NCBI GenBank assembly: GCA_963843845.1 | Contig: CAWJMB010000002.1 | Location: 864,001 to 928,000 of the forward strand | Source of the DNA: an uncultured Gemmatimonadaceae bacterium | GTDB taxonomy: Bacteria; Gemmatimonadota; Gemmatimonadetes; Gemmatimonadales; Gemmatimonadaceae | Length of the DNA: 64,000 nucleotides | Direction of reading: 5' to 3' | Shown: positions 8,266 through 17,804 of the stretch, piece after piece | Layout of the letters: the number at the start of each line of letters is the position of its first letter | Numbering within the stretch: position 1 is the stretch's first letter | Program-made: the position numbers and the translations under genes | Notes under the pieces: generated by a model | The model's database searches: none | What the model was told of the DNA's origin: nothing | The model's input: the letters and a program-made list of their open reading frames with translations, nothing else

Positions 8266-10320
8266 GCGCGATCGCGCGCCCGCGCCTGCTGCCGGGCGTC
8301 CGCCTCATCGAGCAGGTGTTCCAGGGCGAGGAACGCGTGCTCGCCCGGACGCCGGAAGGGGGGAAGTACTTCCGCTTCCGCCCGCTCGAGGGGCGCGTGC
8401 TGCGCGCCTTCGACGGCGCGCGCACGCCGGCCGAGATCTCGGAGTACCTCGCCACGCAGGGCACGCGCATCGGCGCCGGCGCCATCGCCGGCTTCGCGCG
8501 CCAGCTCGCCGGGATGGGCGTCGTCGAGCGCTCGCTCGAGGAGCGCTCCGCGGCGCAGATGGAGCGCGTGCGCGCCGAGCGCCGGCAGCGGCGCCGGTCG
8601 GGGATCGCCGACGTCATGCGCATGCGCAAGTCGCTCGGCGACCCGAACGTGCTCCTCGACCGCACGATGCCGTCGCTGCGGTGGTGCTTCACGCGCCGGT
8701 TCGTGATCGGCTCGTCGCTGCTCTTCTCGCTCTACTTCGCCGTGCTCATCGCGCGGTGGACCGAGTTCCACCAGGCGGTCGCGGCGACGCTGCTTCCCGG
8801 CGCGCTCAGCGTGGGCACCGCGGTGCTCGTCTGGGTCGTCATCACCGTCGTATCGGTGATCCACGAGTTCGGGCACGGCTACGCCTGCAAGCGCTTCGGC
8901 GGCGAGGTGCACGAGCTGGGCGTCATGCTGCTCTACTTCATGCCCGCGTTCTACTGCAACGTGAACGACGCGTGGAGCTTCCCCGAGCGCGCGTCGCGGC
9001 TCTGGGTGACGGCCGCGGGGCCGTGGATCCAGATGATCGTCGCCTCGCTCGCGGCGCTCGTGTGGTACGCGGCCGAGCCGGGCACCGGCGTCTCGACCGT
9101 GGCGCTCGTGACGATGTTCACCGGAGGGATCTCGACGGTGCTCAGCAACGCCAACCCGCTCCTGCCGCTCGACGGCTACTACGCGCTCAGCGACTGGCTC
9201 GAGCTGCCGAACCTGCGACACCGCGCGTCGGCGCACCTCGGGTGGTGGGTGCGGCGCCACGTGCTGCAGATCGAGCTCCCGGAGCCCGATCTCACGCCGC
9301 GCGAGCAGCGCATCTTCCTCGTCTACGGCGCGCTCGCGGCGGTCTACGGGATGGTGCTGCTGGCGATCACGACGAGCGTGCTGCTCGGCATCGCGCGACG
9401 GACGCTCGGCGTCGCGGGCGCGCTGCTCGTGCTGATCCCGGTCTACACGGCGCTGCGCTCGCCGGTGCGCTCGCTCCTCTCCAACCGCACGCTGCTCGCG
9501 CGCCGGCTGCGCGGGTCGGTCTCCGAGCGCTGGCGCCGCCGCGGCACGCGCGCCGGCATCGCGATCGTGGTGGCGGCGCTCGTCGGGCTCGCGCTCCCCT
9601 GGCCGCGCACGGTCGACGGCGCGTTCGAGGTGGCCCCGCTGCGGCCGCAGCTCGTCACGGCGACCGCGGGGGGCGTGGTGACCGAGGTGATGGTGCGCGA
9701 GGGCGAGCGCGTGGCGGCGGGCGCGCCGCTCGCCCGGCTGGTCGACTACGACCGCGTGCGACGCGTGCGCGCCGCGGAGCAGTCGGCGGACTCGCTCGGC
9801 CGCGCCGAGGCCGCGGCGCGCGCGCGCGGCGGCGCGGACGCGTCGTGGCTCGCCGCCGGCGCGCACGGCGGCCGAGGTGCGGCGCGACGGGCTGCGCGCG
9901 GGGGCGGCGCAGGCGCTGCTCCGCGCCGGCGAGTCGGGCACGGTGCTCTCGGCGCGCCCCGAGGCGCTCCTCGGACGCCGCGTGGTCGCGGGCGCGCCGC
10001 TCCTCCGCCTCGGCGACGCGGACTCGCTCGAGGTGCGCATCGTCCTCGCGGCGGGCGCGGGGCTCGTGCGCGCCGGACAGCGCGTGCACCTCCTCACGAA
10101 CGCCGCCGACCGGCGCGCCGGGACCGTCGCCGAGGTCGGCGTGCCCGCCGGGGCGCGCGCGAACGCCGGCGTCGTCGAGGCGCGCGTGCGGCTCGCGGCC
10201 GGCCCGGCGTGGCGCGTCGGCACGCGCGGCGACGCGCGCGTGGAGGTCGCCCGCTCCACGGTGCTCGGCGCGCTCGTGTGGGGCGTGCGCACGCGGATGC
10301 GGAGCGACCTGCTACTGTGA
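8262..10320 (+). CDS. PqqD/RRE-like + M50 site-2 zinc protease + HlyD fusion; one apparent frameshift at ~9855-9877
   Basis: GTGA overlap; N-terminal KYFRF...FDGARTPAEI...LAGMGVVE; HEFGH at 8862-8876; NANPLLPLDGY from 9147; several TMs; the HlyD tail continues in the 9877..10320 frame. Confidence 0.88.
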
Positions 10321-10384
10321 CCTACGTCGCGCGCCGCCGCAGCGCGACGCTCCCGGCTCGACATCCTCCCCCGACACGCCTCTC

Positions 10385-11785
10385 GTGCCTAACGCCGTCC
10401 TGCCGCGCGCCGCGCTGGCGCTCGCCTGTCTCGTCGCCGCCCCGCTCCGCGCCCAGCCGTCGTACGCGAAGGCGGACCACCCCGGCGCCGTGGCGGCGAC
10501 GCACGGGCTGCGCGCGAAGTTCTCCGACCTCTTCATCTTCGGCCCGGGCACGGACCCGCTGTTCCTCGCCGGCTCGGCGGGCGCGAGCAACCCCGCCAGC
10601 GTGCAGGTGCACGGCACGCACTTCATCCCCGCCGCCGCGGCGAGCAACGGCTCGGTGATCGGCTTCGTGACGCAGGCGCTCGGCACCTCGATCGCGAGCC
10701 TGCCGGTCGGCGCGACGACGGGCGGCGAGACGTTCCGCTTCGAGGGGGGCGTCCCGGTGAGCACGGGCAGCTCCGCGGGCCCCATCTTCGCCGAGCGCGC
10801 GCAGACCCTCGGGCGCGGGCGGATGCTCGTCGGGCTCTCGCGCAGCAGCTTCGCGTTCCGCACGCTGCGCGGCGTGCCGCTGAGCGACCTGCCGATCGCG
10901 TTCACGCACGAGAACGTGACCGACGCCGAGTCGCCGGGGTGCAGCACGACCGCGGGGGACAGCTGCGGCAAGATGGGCGTCCCCACGCTCGAGAACGAGG
11001 TGATCCAGGTGAACCTCGACCTCGACCTGCGCGTCGCCGTCACGTCGCTCAACCTCACCTACGGCCTGCGGAACCGCGTCGACGTCGGCGTGGTGCTCCC
11101 GGTGATCCAGAGCGACTTCCACGGCGCCAGTCAGGCGCAGGTGGTGCCGTTCGGCGGGCCGACCGCGGTGCACTTCTTCTCGGGCACGCCGCAGAACCCG
11201 GTGCTGAGCGCCTCGCGCGAGAGCTCGGGGAACGCCTTCGGCGTGGGCGACGTGGCGACGCGCGTGAAGGTCGACGTCAGCCCGAACGACAGGCTGGGGC
11301 TCGCGCTGCTCGTGGACGCCCGCTTCCCCACCGGCGACGTCGACAACTTCATGGGCACCGGGCGGTTCAGCGGGCGCGGGATCGTCGTCGCCTCGACGCG
11401 GCTGCAGGGCACCACGCCGCACGTGAACCTCGGCTACCTCGCGCGCGGGGGCGGCACGCTGAACGACGCCGTGCTCGCGACGGTGGGGGTGGACCAGCTC
11501 GTCAGCCGGCGCGTGACGCTGGCGGCCGACATGCTGAGCGAGCTGCAGGTCGGGCGCAGCAAGCTCTCGCTCCCCGGCGCGGTGCAGTACGACGCGCCGT
11601 TCCGCCGCACCGTGCGGCCGACCAACATCCCCGACACACGCGACGACCTCGTGAACGCGTCGTTCGGCGCGAAGTTCACGACGCCGAGCAAGATCACCGC
11701 GATCGCGAACCTGCTCGTGCCGCTGAACGACGGCGGGCTGCGCGCGCGGGCGACCTACACCTTCGGCCTCGAGTACGCGTTCTGA
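10385..11785 (+). CDS. Exported protein, probable outer-membrane beta-barrel
   Basis: Signal peptide (..APLRA-Q), amphipathic beta strands, GVGDV..RVK and PTGD motifs, terminal FGLEYAF. Confidence 0.75.
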   Translation: MPNAVLPRAALALACLVAAPLRAQPSYAKADHPGAVAATHGLRAKFSDLFIFGPGTDPLFLAGSAGASNPASVQVHGTHFIPAAAASNGSVIGFVTQALGTSIASLPVGATTGGETFRFEGGVPVSTGSSAGPIFAERAQTLGRGRMLVGLSRSSFAFRTLRGVPLSDLPIAFTHENVTDAESPGCSTTAGDSCGKMGVPTLENEVIQVNLDLDLRVAVTSLNLTYGLRNRVDVGVVLPVIQSDFHGASQAQVVPFGGPTAVHFFSGTPQNPVLSASRESSGNAFGVGDVATRVKVDVSPNDRLGLALLVDARFPTGDVDNFMGTGRFSGRGIVVASTRLQGTTPHVNLGYLARGGGTLNDAVLATVGVDQLVSRRVTLAADMLSELQVGRSKLSLPGAVQYDAPFRRTVRPTNIPDTRDDLVNASFGAKFTTPSKITAIANLLVPLNDGGLRARATYTFGLEYAF

Positions 11786-11798
11786 CGCGGCTCGCCCC

Positions 11799-11882
11799 GC
11801 ACGCTCAGCGCACGCTCAGCGCACGCTCAGCGCACGCTCAGCGCACGCTCAGCGCACGCTCAGCGCACGCTCAGCGCACGCT
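11799..11882. repeat. Tandem repeat GCACGCTCAGC x7 plus a partial copy
   Basis: Read directly from the sequence. Confidence 0.97.
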
Positions 11883-13763
11883 GACGAGCTGCCAGGTGCT
11901 TCCGTCGCGCCGAAAGGTCGCCTGGAAGTTGACGGGGGTGCGCTGGTGGTCGCCGTTGCGCGTCACGAAGTCGTAGACCCCCTCCAGCCGCGCGTCGGCG
12001 GTGGCGCCCGAGACGTCGAGGCCGCGCACGCTGAACGTCGCGTTCAGCGTGCGCACGCTGCCGAAGAAGCGAGCGAAGTTGCCGCTCTGCGCCGTCGTGA
12101 GCCCGCTGTAGGCGGCGCGCACCGCGTCCAGATCGCGTGCCTCGATCGCGCGCGCGTAGCGCGCCACCACCGCGGCGATCGCGTCCGCGGGGCTCGGTGT
12201 GGAGGCCGCGGGCTCCGGCGTCGGCGGCGCCACGGCGGTCGGCGCCGGGATGGCCGGCGCCGCGATCCGCTCGGCGACGGCCACCGTGACGGGCGGCTGC
12301 ACCGCGGGCGCGCGTAGCTCGGGCGTGGGCGCGCCGGCACTCCCCGCGGTCGGAGCGGCGCCGGTCGGCGCCGGCCGGCTGGAGGCAGGTGACGCGGACG
12401 CGGCGAGCGTCGTGGCGGCCACGCGGGACGGCGCCGGCGCGGGCCCGGCCGGCTTCGGCGCGCCGACGGGCGCCGGGCGCTCGGCGGCGGTCGCGTTCGG
12501 CGAGGTGAGCGCGTCGGTCCCGTTCGGCACGCCGGGGGCGCCAGGCGCGTCAGGCGCCGTGGGCGCGCCCGGCGCCGTGGGTGCGCCCGGCGCCGTGGGC
12601 GCGCCCGGCGCGGCGCTCGCCGCCGACGCGGCCGGCTGGGCGCTCGGCTCGGCGGCGGGCGTGCCGCGTGTGGCGAGCGCCGCCACACCCGCACCGGCGG
12701 CCACGATCACGACGGCGGCCGCGCCGGCGATCATGGCGCGCGACCGGCGCCGAGCGAGCACGCCTGCGGCCCCGGCGGCCGGCGGAAGGGTGGCAGCCGC
12801 GGGGGCGGCCGCAGGAGCGGCCGGCGCGGCCGGCGCGGCCGGCGCGGCCAGCGTGGCCGTCGCCGCGGGCATCGCCTGGCGCAGCTCGTCGGCGAGCCGC
12901 GCGTTGAGCGAGAGCGACGCCGACGGGCGCACGCCGACGGTCGCGCGCACCGCGGTCAGCGCGTTCGCCATGTCGAGCGCGCTCTGGTAGCGGTCGGCCG
13001 GGTCCTTGGCGAGCGCGCGCGCCACGATCGCGTCGAGCTCCGGCGGGAGGCCGGGGACGAGCCGCGACGGCGGCGCCGGCTCCGACTGCAGCACGCTGAA
13101 CATGACGGCGTGCAGCGAGTTCCCGCCGAACGCCGCCTCGCCGGTCAGCAGCTCGTGCAGCACCGCGCCGACGGCGAACACGTCGGCGAGCGGCGTGACG
13201 CTCTCCGTCGTGATCTGCTCCGGCGCCATGTACTTGGGCGTCCCCATCATCATCCCCGTGCGCGTCATCTTCGCCGAGGTGAGGTGGGCGACGCCGAAGT
13301 CCATGATCTTGGCGCGGTCGTCCTCGGTGATGCGGATGTTGGCCGGCTTGATGTCGCGGTGCACGATCCCGCGCCGGTGCGCGTAGGCGAGCCCCGAGAG
13401 CACGTCGACCGCGATGCCGAGCTTCGACGACAGGGAGAGGCGAGTCCCCTCGCGAGCCAGCAGCCCCTCGAGGTCCGTGCCGTCGAGGAACTCCATCGCG
13501 ATGAAGAGGTGGCCGTCGACCTCGCCGAAGTCGTAGATCGTCACGACGTTCGGGTGCTGGAGCGACCCCGCCGCGCGCGCCTCGCGGTGGAAGCGCTCGC
13601 GCAGGTCCGCCTCGTTCGCCACCGCGTCGCCCATGACCTTGACGGCCACCACGCGGTTGAGCACCGGGTCCTGGGCGCGGTAGACGGCGCCCATGGCGCC
13701 CTCGCCGACCAGCTCCTCGATGACGTACTTCCCGATGGTGGCGCTCCGAAGAGGCTGCGGCAT
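11871..13763 (-). CDS. Ser/Thr kinase with TM, Pro/Ala linker and C-terminal SnoaL/NTF2-like domain
   Basis: GEGAMG, HRDIKPAN, DFG, YMAPEQ; TM AMIAGAAAVVIVAAGAGV; APGAPT repeats; YARAIEARDLDAV...WQLVSVR. Confidence 0.9.
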   Translation of the reverse strand: MPQPLRSATIGKYVIEELVGEGAMGAVYRAQDPVLNRVVAVKVMGDAVANEADLRERFHREARAAGSLQHPNVVTIYDFGEVDGHLFIAMEFLDGTDLEGLLAREGTRLSLSSKLGIAVDVLSGLAYAHRRGIVHRDIKPANIRITEDDRAKIMDFGVAHLTSAKMTRTGMMMGTPKYMAPEQITTESVTPLADVFAVGAVLHELLTGEAAFGGNSLHAVMFSVLQSEPAPPSRLVPGLPPELDAIVARALAKDPADRYQSALDMANALTAVRATVGVRPSASLSLNARLADELRQAMPAATATLAAPAAPAAPAAPAAAPAAATLPPAAGAAGVLARRRSRAMIAGAAAVVIVAAGAGVAALATRGTPAAEPSAQPAASAASAAPGAPTAPGAPTAPGAPTAPDAPGAPGVPNGTDALTSPNATAAERPAPVGAPKPAGPAPAPSRVAATTLAASASPASSRPAPTGAAPTAGSAGAPTPELRAPAVQPPVTVAVAERIAAPAIPAPTAVAPPTPEPAASTPSPADAIAAVVARYARAIEARDLDAVRAAYSGLTTAQSGNFARFFGSVRTLNATFSVRGLDVSGATADARLEGVYDFVTRNGDHQRTPVNFQATFRRDGSTWQLVSVR

Positions 13764-13955
13764 GTGTGCGGAGGCGAGGCGGAGGGGAGTCGGGCGCGCG
13801 TGCGGGACGCGGGAGGACGGCGCGACGGCCCGTCTTCCCATAGCCCGATTCGGGCGGCGACCCATCACGGCCGAGGCGCCGCACGCCGCGCGGCGACGGG
13901 ACCGGACGTGCCGACGGGATGGCTACGTGCGCCGGTCGACGCGCGTTGCCGAAGT

Positions 13956-15431
13956 CTACTCGGGCACGAGCTCGGCGTCCCCGGCGCGGCGGGCGCTCTC
14001 GCGCAGCAGCTCCCAGGCGCGCGCCACGTGCCGCTCCTCCGTGCGCACGTTGCCGATGGCGAGCCGCAGCGTGAAGCGCCCGCCGAGCTTCGTGTGCGAC
14101 AGGAAGACCTCGCCGGTCGCGTTCACCTCGTGCATGACGCGCTCGCTCAGCGCGTCGCGCTCCGCCTCGGAGGTCCCGTCGGGCGCGTAGCGAAAGCAGA
14201 CGAGCGAGAAGGGGTGCGGCGCCATGACCTCCCAGCCGGGCTCCGCGCGCACCCACGCCGCGAACGCCTGCGCGAGCCGCACGTGCTCCCGGATGCGCGC
14301 CGCGAGCCCCTCGGCGCCGAACGCGCGGATGACCATCCACAGCTTGAGCGCGCGGAAGCGTCGGCCGAGCTGCACGCCGTAGTCCATGAGGTTCACGACG
14401 TCGTCCTGCTCGCGCGTCACGAGGTACTCGGGGACGAGCGAGAACGCGCGCGTCAGCACGTCCGGCCGCCGCACGTAGAGCACCGAGCAGTCGACGGGCG
14501 TGAACAGCCACTTGTGCGGGTTCACGACGAGCGAGTCGGCGAGGTGCACGCCGTCGAGCACGTCCTGCATCTCGGGGACGATCGCCGCGACGCCGGCGTA
14601 CGAGGCGTCGACGTGCAGCCACGCGTCGTGCGCCCGGCACAGCTCCGCGATCTCGCCGACCGGGTCGACGCTCGTCGTGCTCGTCGTGCCGACCGTCGCG
14701 ACGACGGCGAGCGGCAGCATCCCCCGCGCGCGGTCCTCGGTCATCGCCGCGTCGAGCGCGTCGGGGCGCAGGCGGAACGCGTCGTCGGCCGGGATCCTGA
14801 CGACGTTCGCGCGGCCGATGCCCAACGCGATCGCCCCCTTGTCGACCGACGAGTGCGCGTGCTCCGAGCAGTACACGCGGAGCGTCGGCAGGTCGCTCCG
14901 GCCGGCCATCCCGCGCTCGCGGATCGCGAGCGCCGGCTTCGCCTCGCGCGCCGCCGCGAGCGCGAGCATCGTCGAGATCGACGCCGTGTCGTTGATGTGC
15001 CCGTGCCACCCGGGCCCCAGCCCCAGCAGCTGCCGCAGCCAGTCGCAGACGAGCAGCTCGAGCTCGGTCGCCGCGGGACTCGTCTTCCACAGCATCGCGT
15101 TCACGTCGAGCGCCGCCGTCAGCAGCTCGGCGAGGATCCCCGGCGCGCTGCTCGAGATCGAGAAGTAGGCGAAGAACGCGGGGTGGTTCCAGTGCGTGAT
15201 CCCGGGGAGGATCGTCCGCTCGAAGTCGGCGACGATGGTGCCTAACGGCTCTCCCTCGCGCGGCGGCGCGTCGGGGAGCGCGCCGCGCACGTCGCCCGGC
15301 GCCACCCGCGCGAGCACCGGGTACCGCTCCGGGTGCGCGAGGTACTCGGCGATCCAGTCGACGAGCGTGTGGGCGTGGCGCGCGAACTCCTCGGCCGGAA
15401 GGTCGCCGAGCGGCGGGGGCAGTGGCGGCAT
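13956..15431 (-). CDS. PLP-dependent group II (aromatic L-amino acid-type) decarboxylase
   Basis: PGITHWNHP, SPAATELE, AHSSVDK, WLHVDASYAG, NPHKW, LGRRFRALKLW. Confidence 0.93.
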   Translation of the reverse strand: MPPLPPPLGDLPAEEFARHAHTLVDWIAEYLAHPERYPVLARVAPGDVRGALPDAPPREGEPLGTIVADFERTILPGITHWNHPAFFAYFSISSSAPGILAELLTAALDVNAMLWKTSPAATELELLVCDWLRQLLGLGPGWHGHINDTASISTMLALAAAREAKPALAIRERGMAGRSDLPTLRVYCSEHAHSSVDKGAIALGIGRANVVRIPADDAFRLRPDALDAAMTEDRARGMLPLAVVATVGTTSTTSVDPVGEIAELCRAHDAWLHVDASYAGVAAIVPEMQDVLDGVHLADSLVVNPHKWLFTPVDCSVLYVRRPDVLTRAFSLVPEYLVTREQDDVVNLMDYGVQLGRRFRALKLWMVIRAFGAEGLAARIREHVRLAQAFAAWVRAEPGWEVMAPHPFSLVCFRYAPDGTSEAERDALSERVMHEVNATGEVFLSHTKLGGRFTLRLAIGNVRTEERHVARAWELLRESARRAGDAELVPE

Positions 15432-15531
15432 GCCCCGAAGCTAGCGCGCCGCGCCGTCGATACCATTCGGCGGGGCGGGCGCGGCGCGCGCCCCGCGGGC
15501 GCCTAACGAACGGAACGGACGGGGAGTCGGG

Positions 15532-16518
15532 ATGCGGATCGGGATCGTCGGCGCGGGCGCCATCGGCGGGTGGCTCGGGGTGCGGCTCGCCGCGGCGGGG
15601 CACGACGTGTCGGTGCTCGCGCGCGGCGCCACGCTGAGCGCGCTGCGCGCCGCGCCGTGGCGCCTCGACCTCGGCGGCGAGACGCTCCGCGCCGACGTCC
15701 GGGCCGCCGACGACGCCGCGGCGCTCGGCGCGCAGGACGTGCTGTTCCTGACGGTGAAGGGGCCGGCGCTCCCCGCGCTCGCGCCGCGCCTCGCCCCGCT
15801 CGTCGGCGCCGAGACGGTCGTCGTGCCGGCGATGAACGGGGTGCCGTGGTGGTTCCTGCTGGGCGGCGGCGGCGAGCTGCCGCCGACCGCGCTCGCCTCG
15901 GTCGACCCCGACGGCGCGATCGCGCGCGCGATTCCGTTCGCGCGGGTGCTCGGCTGCGTCGTGCACGCGTCGGCCGCGGGCGTCGCGCCGGGCCACGTGC
16001 GGCACCAGGCGGGAAACCGGCTCATCCTCGGCGAGCCGTCGGGCGACGCGTCGCCGCGCCTCGCGCGCGTCGTCGACGCGCTCGCCGCGGCGGGGTTCGC
16101 GGTCGAGGCGAGCGCGCGCATCCGCCACGCGATCTGGTACAAGCTGTGGGGCAACATGACGATGAACCCCATCTCGGCGCTCACCGGCGCGACGTGCGAC
16201 CGCATCCTCGACGACGCGCTCGTCGAGCGGCTCGCGCTGCGCGTGATGGCGGAGGCGAAGGCGATCGGCGCGCGCATCGGCACGCCGATCGCCGAGCGCG
16301 GCGAGGACCGCACGCAGGTCACGCGGCAGCTCGGGGCGATCCGGACGTCGATGCTGCAGGACGCCGACGCCGGCCGCCCGCTCGAGCTCGACGCGATCCT
16401 CGCCGCCCCGCGCGAGATCGCCGAGCGGCTCGGACAGGAGACGCCGCACCTCGACGCGCTGTTGGGCCTCGCGCGCCTCTTCGCGCGGACGCGGGGGTTG
16501 TACCCTCCGGCGGCCTGA
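15532..16518 (+). CDS. Ketopantoate reductase family protein
   Basis: GAGAIGG, NGVPWWF, WYKLWGN, SMLQD..GRPLELD. Confidence 0.88.
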   Translation: MRIGIVGAGAIGGWLGVRLAAAGHDVSVLARGATLSALRAAPWRLDLGGETLRADVRAADDAAALGAQDVLFLTVKGPALPALAPRLAPLVGAETVVVPAMNGVPWWFLLGGGGELPPTALASVDPDGAIARAIPFARVLGCVVHASAAGVAPGHVRHQAGNRLILGEPSGDASPRLARVVDALAAAGFAVEASARIRHAIWYKLWGNMTMNPISALTGATCDRILDDALVERLALRVMAEAKAIGARIGTPIAERGEDRTQVTRQLGAIRTSMLQDADAGRPLELDAILAAPREIAERLGQETPHLDALLGLARLFARTRGLYPPAA

Positions 16519-16627
16519 CGGCGGGTGCCTGACGGCGGGTGCCTGGAACCTGCTGGCTGACTCGTCACTCGTTCGGGATAGCACGAGCCGGGTCGACGCG
16601 GCGCGCGGGAAGGCCGCGTCTCCGGCT

Positions 16628-17773
16628 TCAGCCTGCCACGAGGAGCGCCGCGAGCTCGCGCGCCGCCGCGTCAGGCGCCCCCGCCGCGAACGAGGCCGCC
16701 GCCCGGCCGCACAGCGCGCCGAGCACGTTCCCCGTGCCGCTGTAGGCGCCGCACGCCCACACCCCCGGCCGCGCCTCGACGAGCAGCGGCAGCCCCGTGT
16801 CCGAGTAGGAGACGAGCGACGCCCACCGCCGCTCGACCGGCGCGCGCACGCCGACCCGCTCGCGCAGCGTCGCCTCGAGCGCGCGCTGCACCGGCGCCGT
16901 CGGCACCGCGTCGTGCGTCCACTCCGCGTCGCCGCCGACGTCGCGCGCCCCGCCTAACGCGACCGCGCCGCCCGCGAGCTGCTGCCAGTAGTCGTAGCCC
17001 CAGCGCGTGTAGACCGGGCGCGGCAGCGCGACCTCCGCCGTCGGCGCGGTCGCGAGCATCTGCAGCCGCGCCGTGCGCGCGCGCGGCGCCAGCTCGGGGA
17101 GCACGCGGTCGAGCGCGCCGTCGACGGCGACGACGACGGCGCGGCAGCGCACCGCGCCCGACGGCGTGACGACGGCGTCGCCGGCGATCTCGATCGCGGG
17201 GCTCCGCTCGAACAGCCGCGCCCCCTCGGCGAGCGCGGCGCGGGCGAGCGCGCGCACGCGGCGCATCGGCTGCATCGCGGCGTCGGTGGGGATCAGCAGC
17301 CCCTCCCCCTCCGGCCCCTCGTACCACTCGGCCGGCAGCGCGTCGGCGCGCATCGCGTCGAGCTGCGCGCGGCAGTCGTCGCGCTCGTCGGCCGACGCGG
17401 CGACGCGCAGCGAGCCGACGCGCCGCACGGCGTCGGGCGACTCGGCCGCGATGCGCGCGATCTCGGGGATCGTCATCGCGTAGAGCCGGCGCGCCCGCTC
17501 GCGGCCGTGGCGCGCGACGGCGTCGTGGTGGAAGTCGTAGAGCCCCGCGAGCAGGAAGCCGCCGTTGTGCCCCGCCGCGCCACCGGCGACCGTCCCCGCG
17601 TCGACGCCGACGACCGAGCGCCCCATCGCCCGCAGCGTCCGCACCGCCGCCAGCCCCGATCCGCCCAGCCCGACGACGCACACGTCGGCCGAGACGTCGC
17701 TGCCTAACGGCGCGAGCGCGAGTCCGGGGGCGTCGTCCCAGACCGGCGGCGCCGCGGCGAGTGCGTCGCTCAC
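16628..17773 (-). CDS. FAD-dependent oxidoreductase (DAO family)
   Basis: VVGLGGSGL, GAAGHNGGF, YSGTGN. Confidence 0.88.
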   Translation of the reverse strand: MSDALAAAPPVWDDAPGLALAPLGSDVSADVCVVGLGGSGLAAVRTLRAMGRSVVGVDAGTVAGGAAGHNGGFLLAGLYDFHHDAVARHGRERARRLYAMTIPEIARIAAESPDAVRRVGSLRVAASADERDDCRAQLDAMRADALPAEWYEGPEGEGLLIPTDAAMQPMRRVRALARAALAEGARLFERSPAIEIAGDAVVTPSGAVRCRAVVVAVDGALDRVLPELAPRARTARLQMLATAPTAEVALPRPVYTRWGYDYWQQLAGGAVALGGARDVGGDAEWTHDAVPTAPVQRALEATLRERVGVRAPVERRWASLVSYSDTGLPLLVEARPGVWACGAYSGTGNVLGALCGRAAASFAAGAPDAAARELAALLVAG

Positions 17774-17804
17774 GCGGGCGAGTGAGTCGTGCGCCGAGCC
17801 CGGG

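Noticed and set aside
11799..11882. CRISPR array
   Set aside because: Contiguous 11-bp units, no spacers, no cas genes
12550..16584. Very long alternative-frame ORFs (e.g. 1344 aa here, also 2140..5067 and 34065..37037)
   Set aside because: Arg/Ala/Gly-rich shadows of real genes caused by stop-codon scarcity at high GC; no motifs
13956..17773. Decarboxylase and oxidoreductases as tailoring enzymes for the 54-aa peptide
   Set aside because: Separated from the operon by a kinase, in mixed orientation, and typical small-molecule enzymes with no RRE
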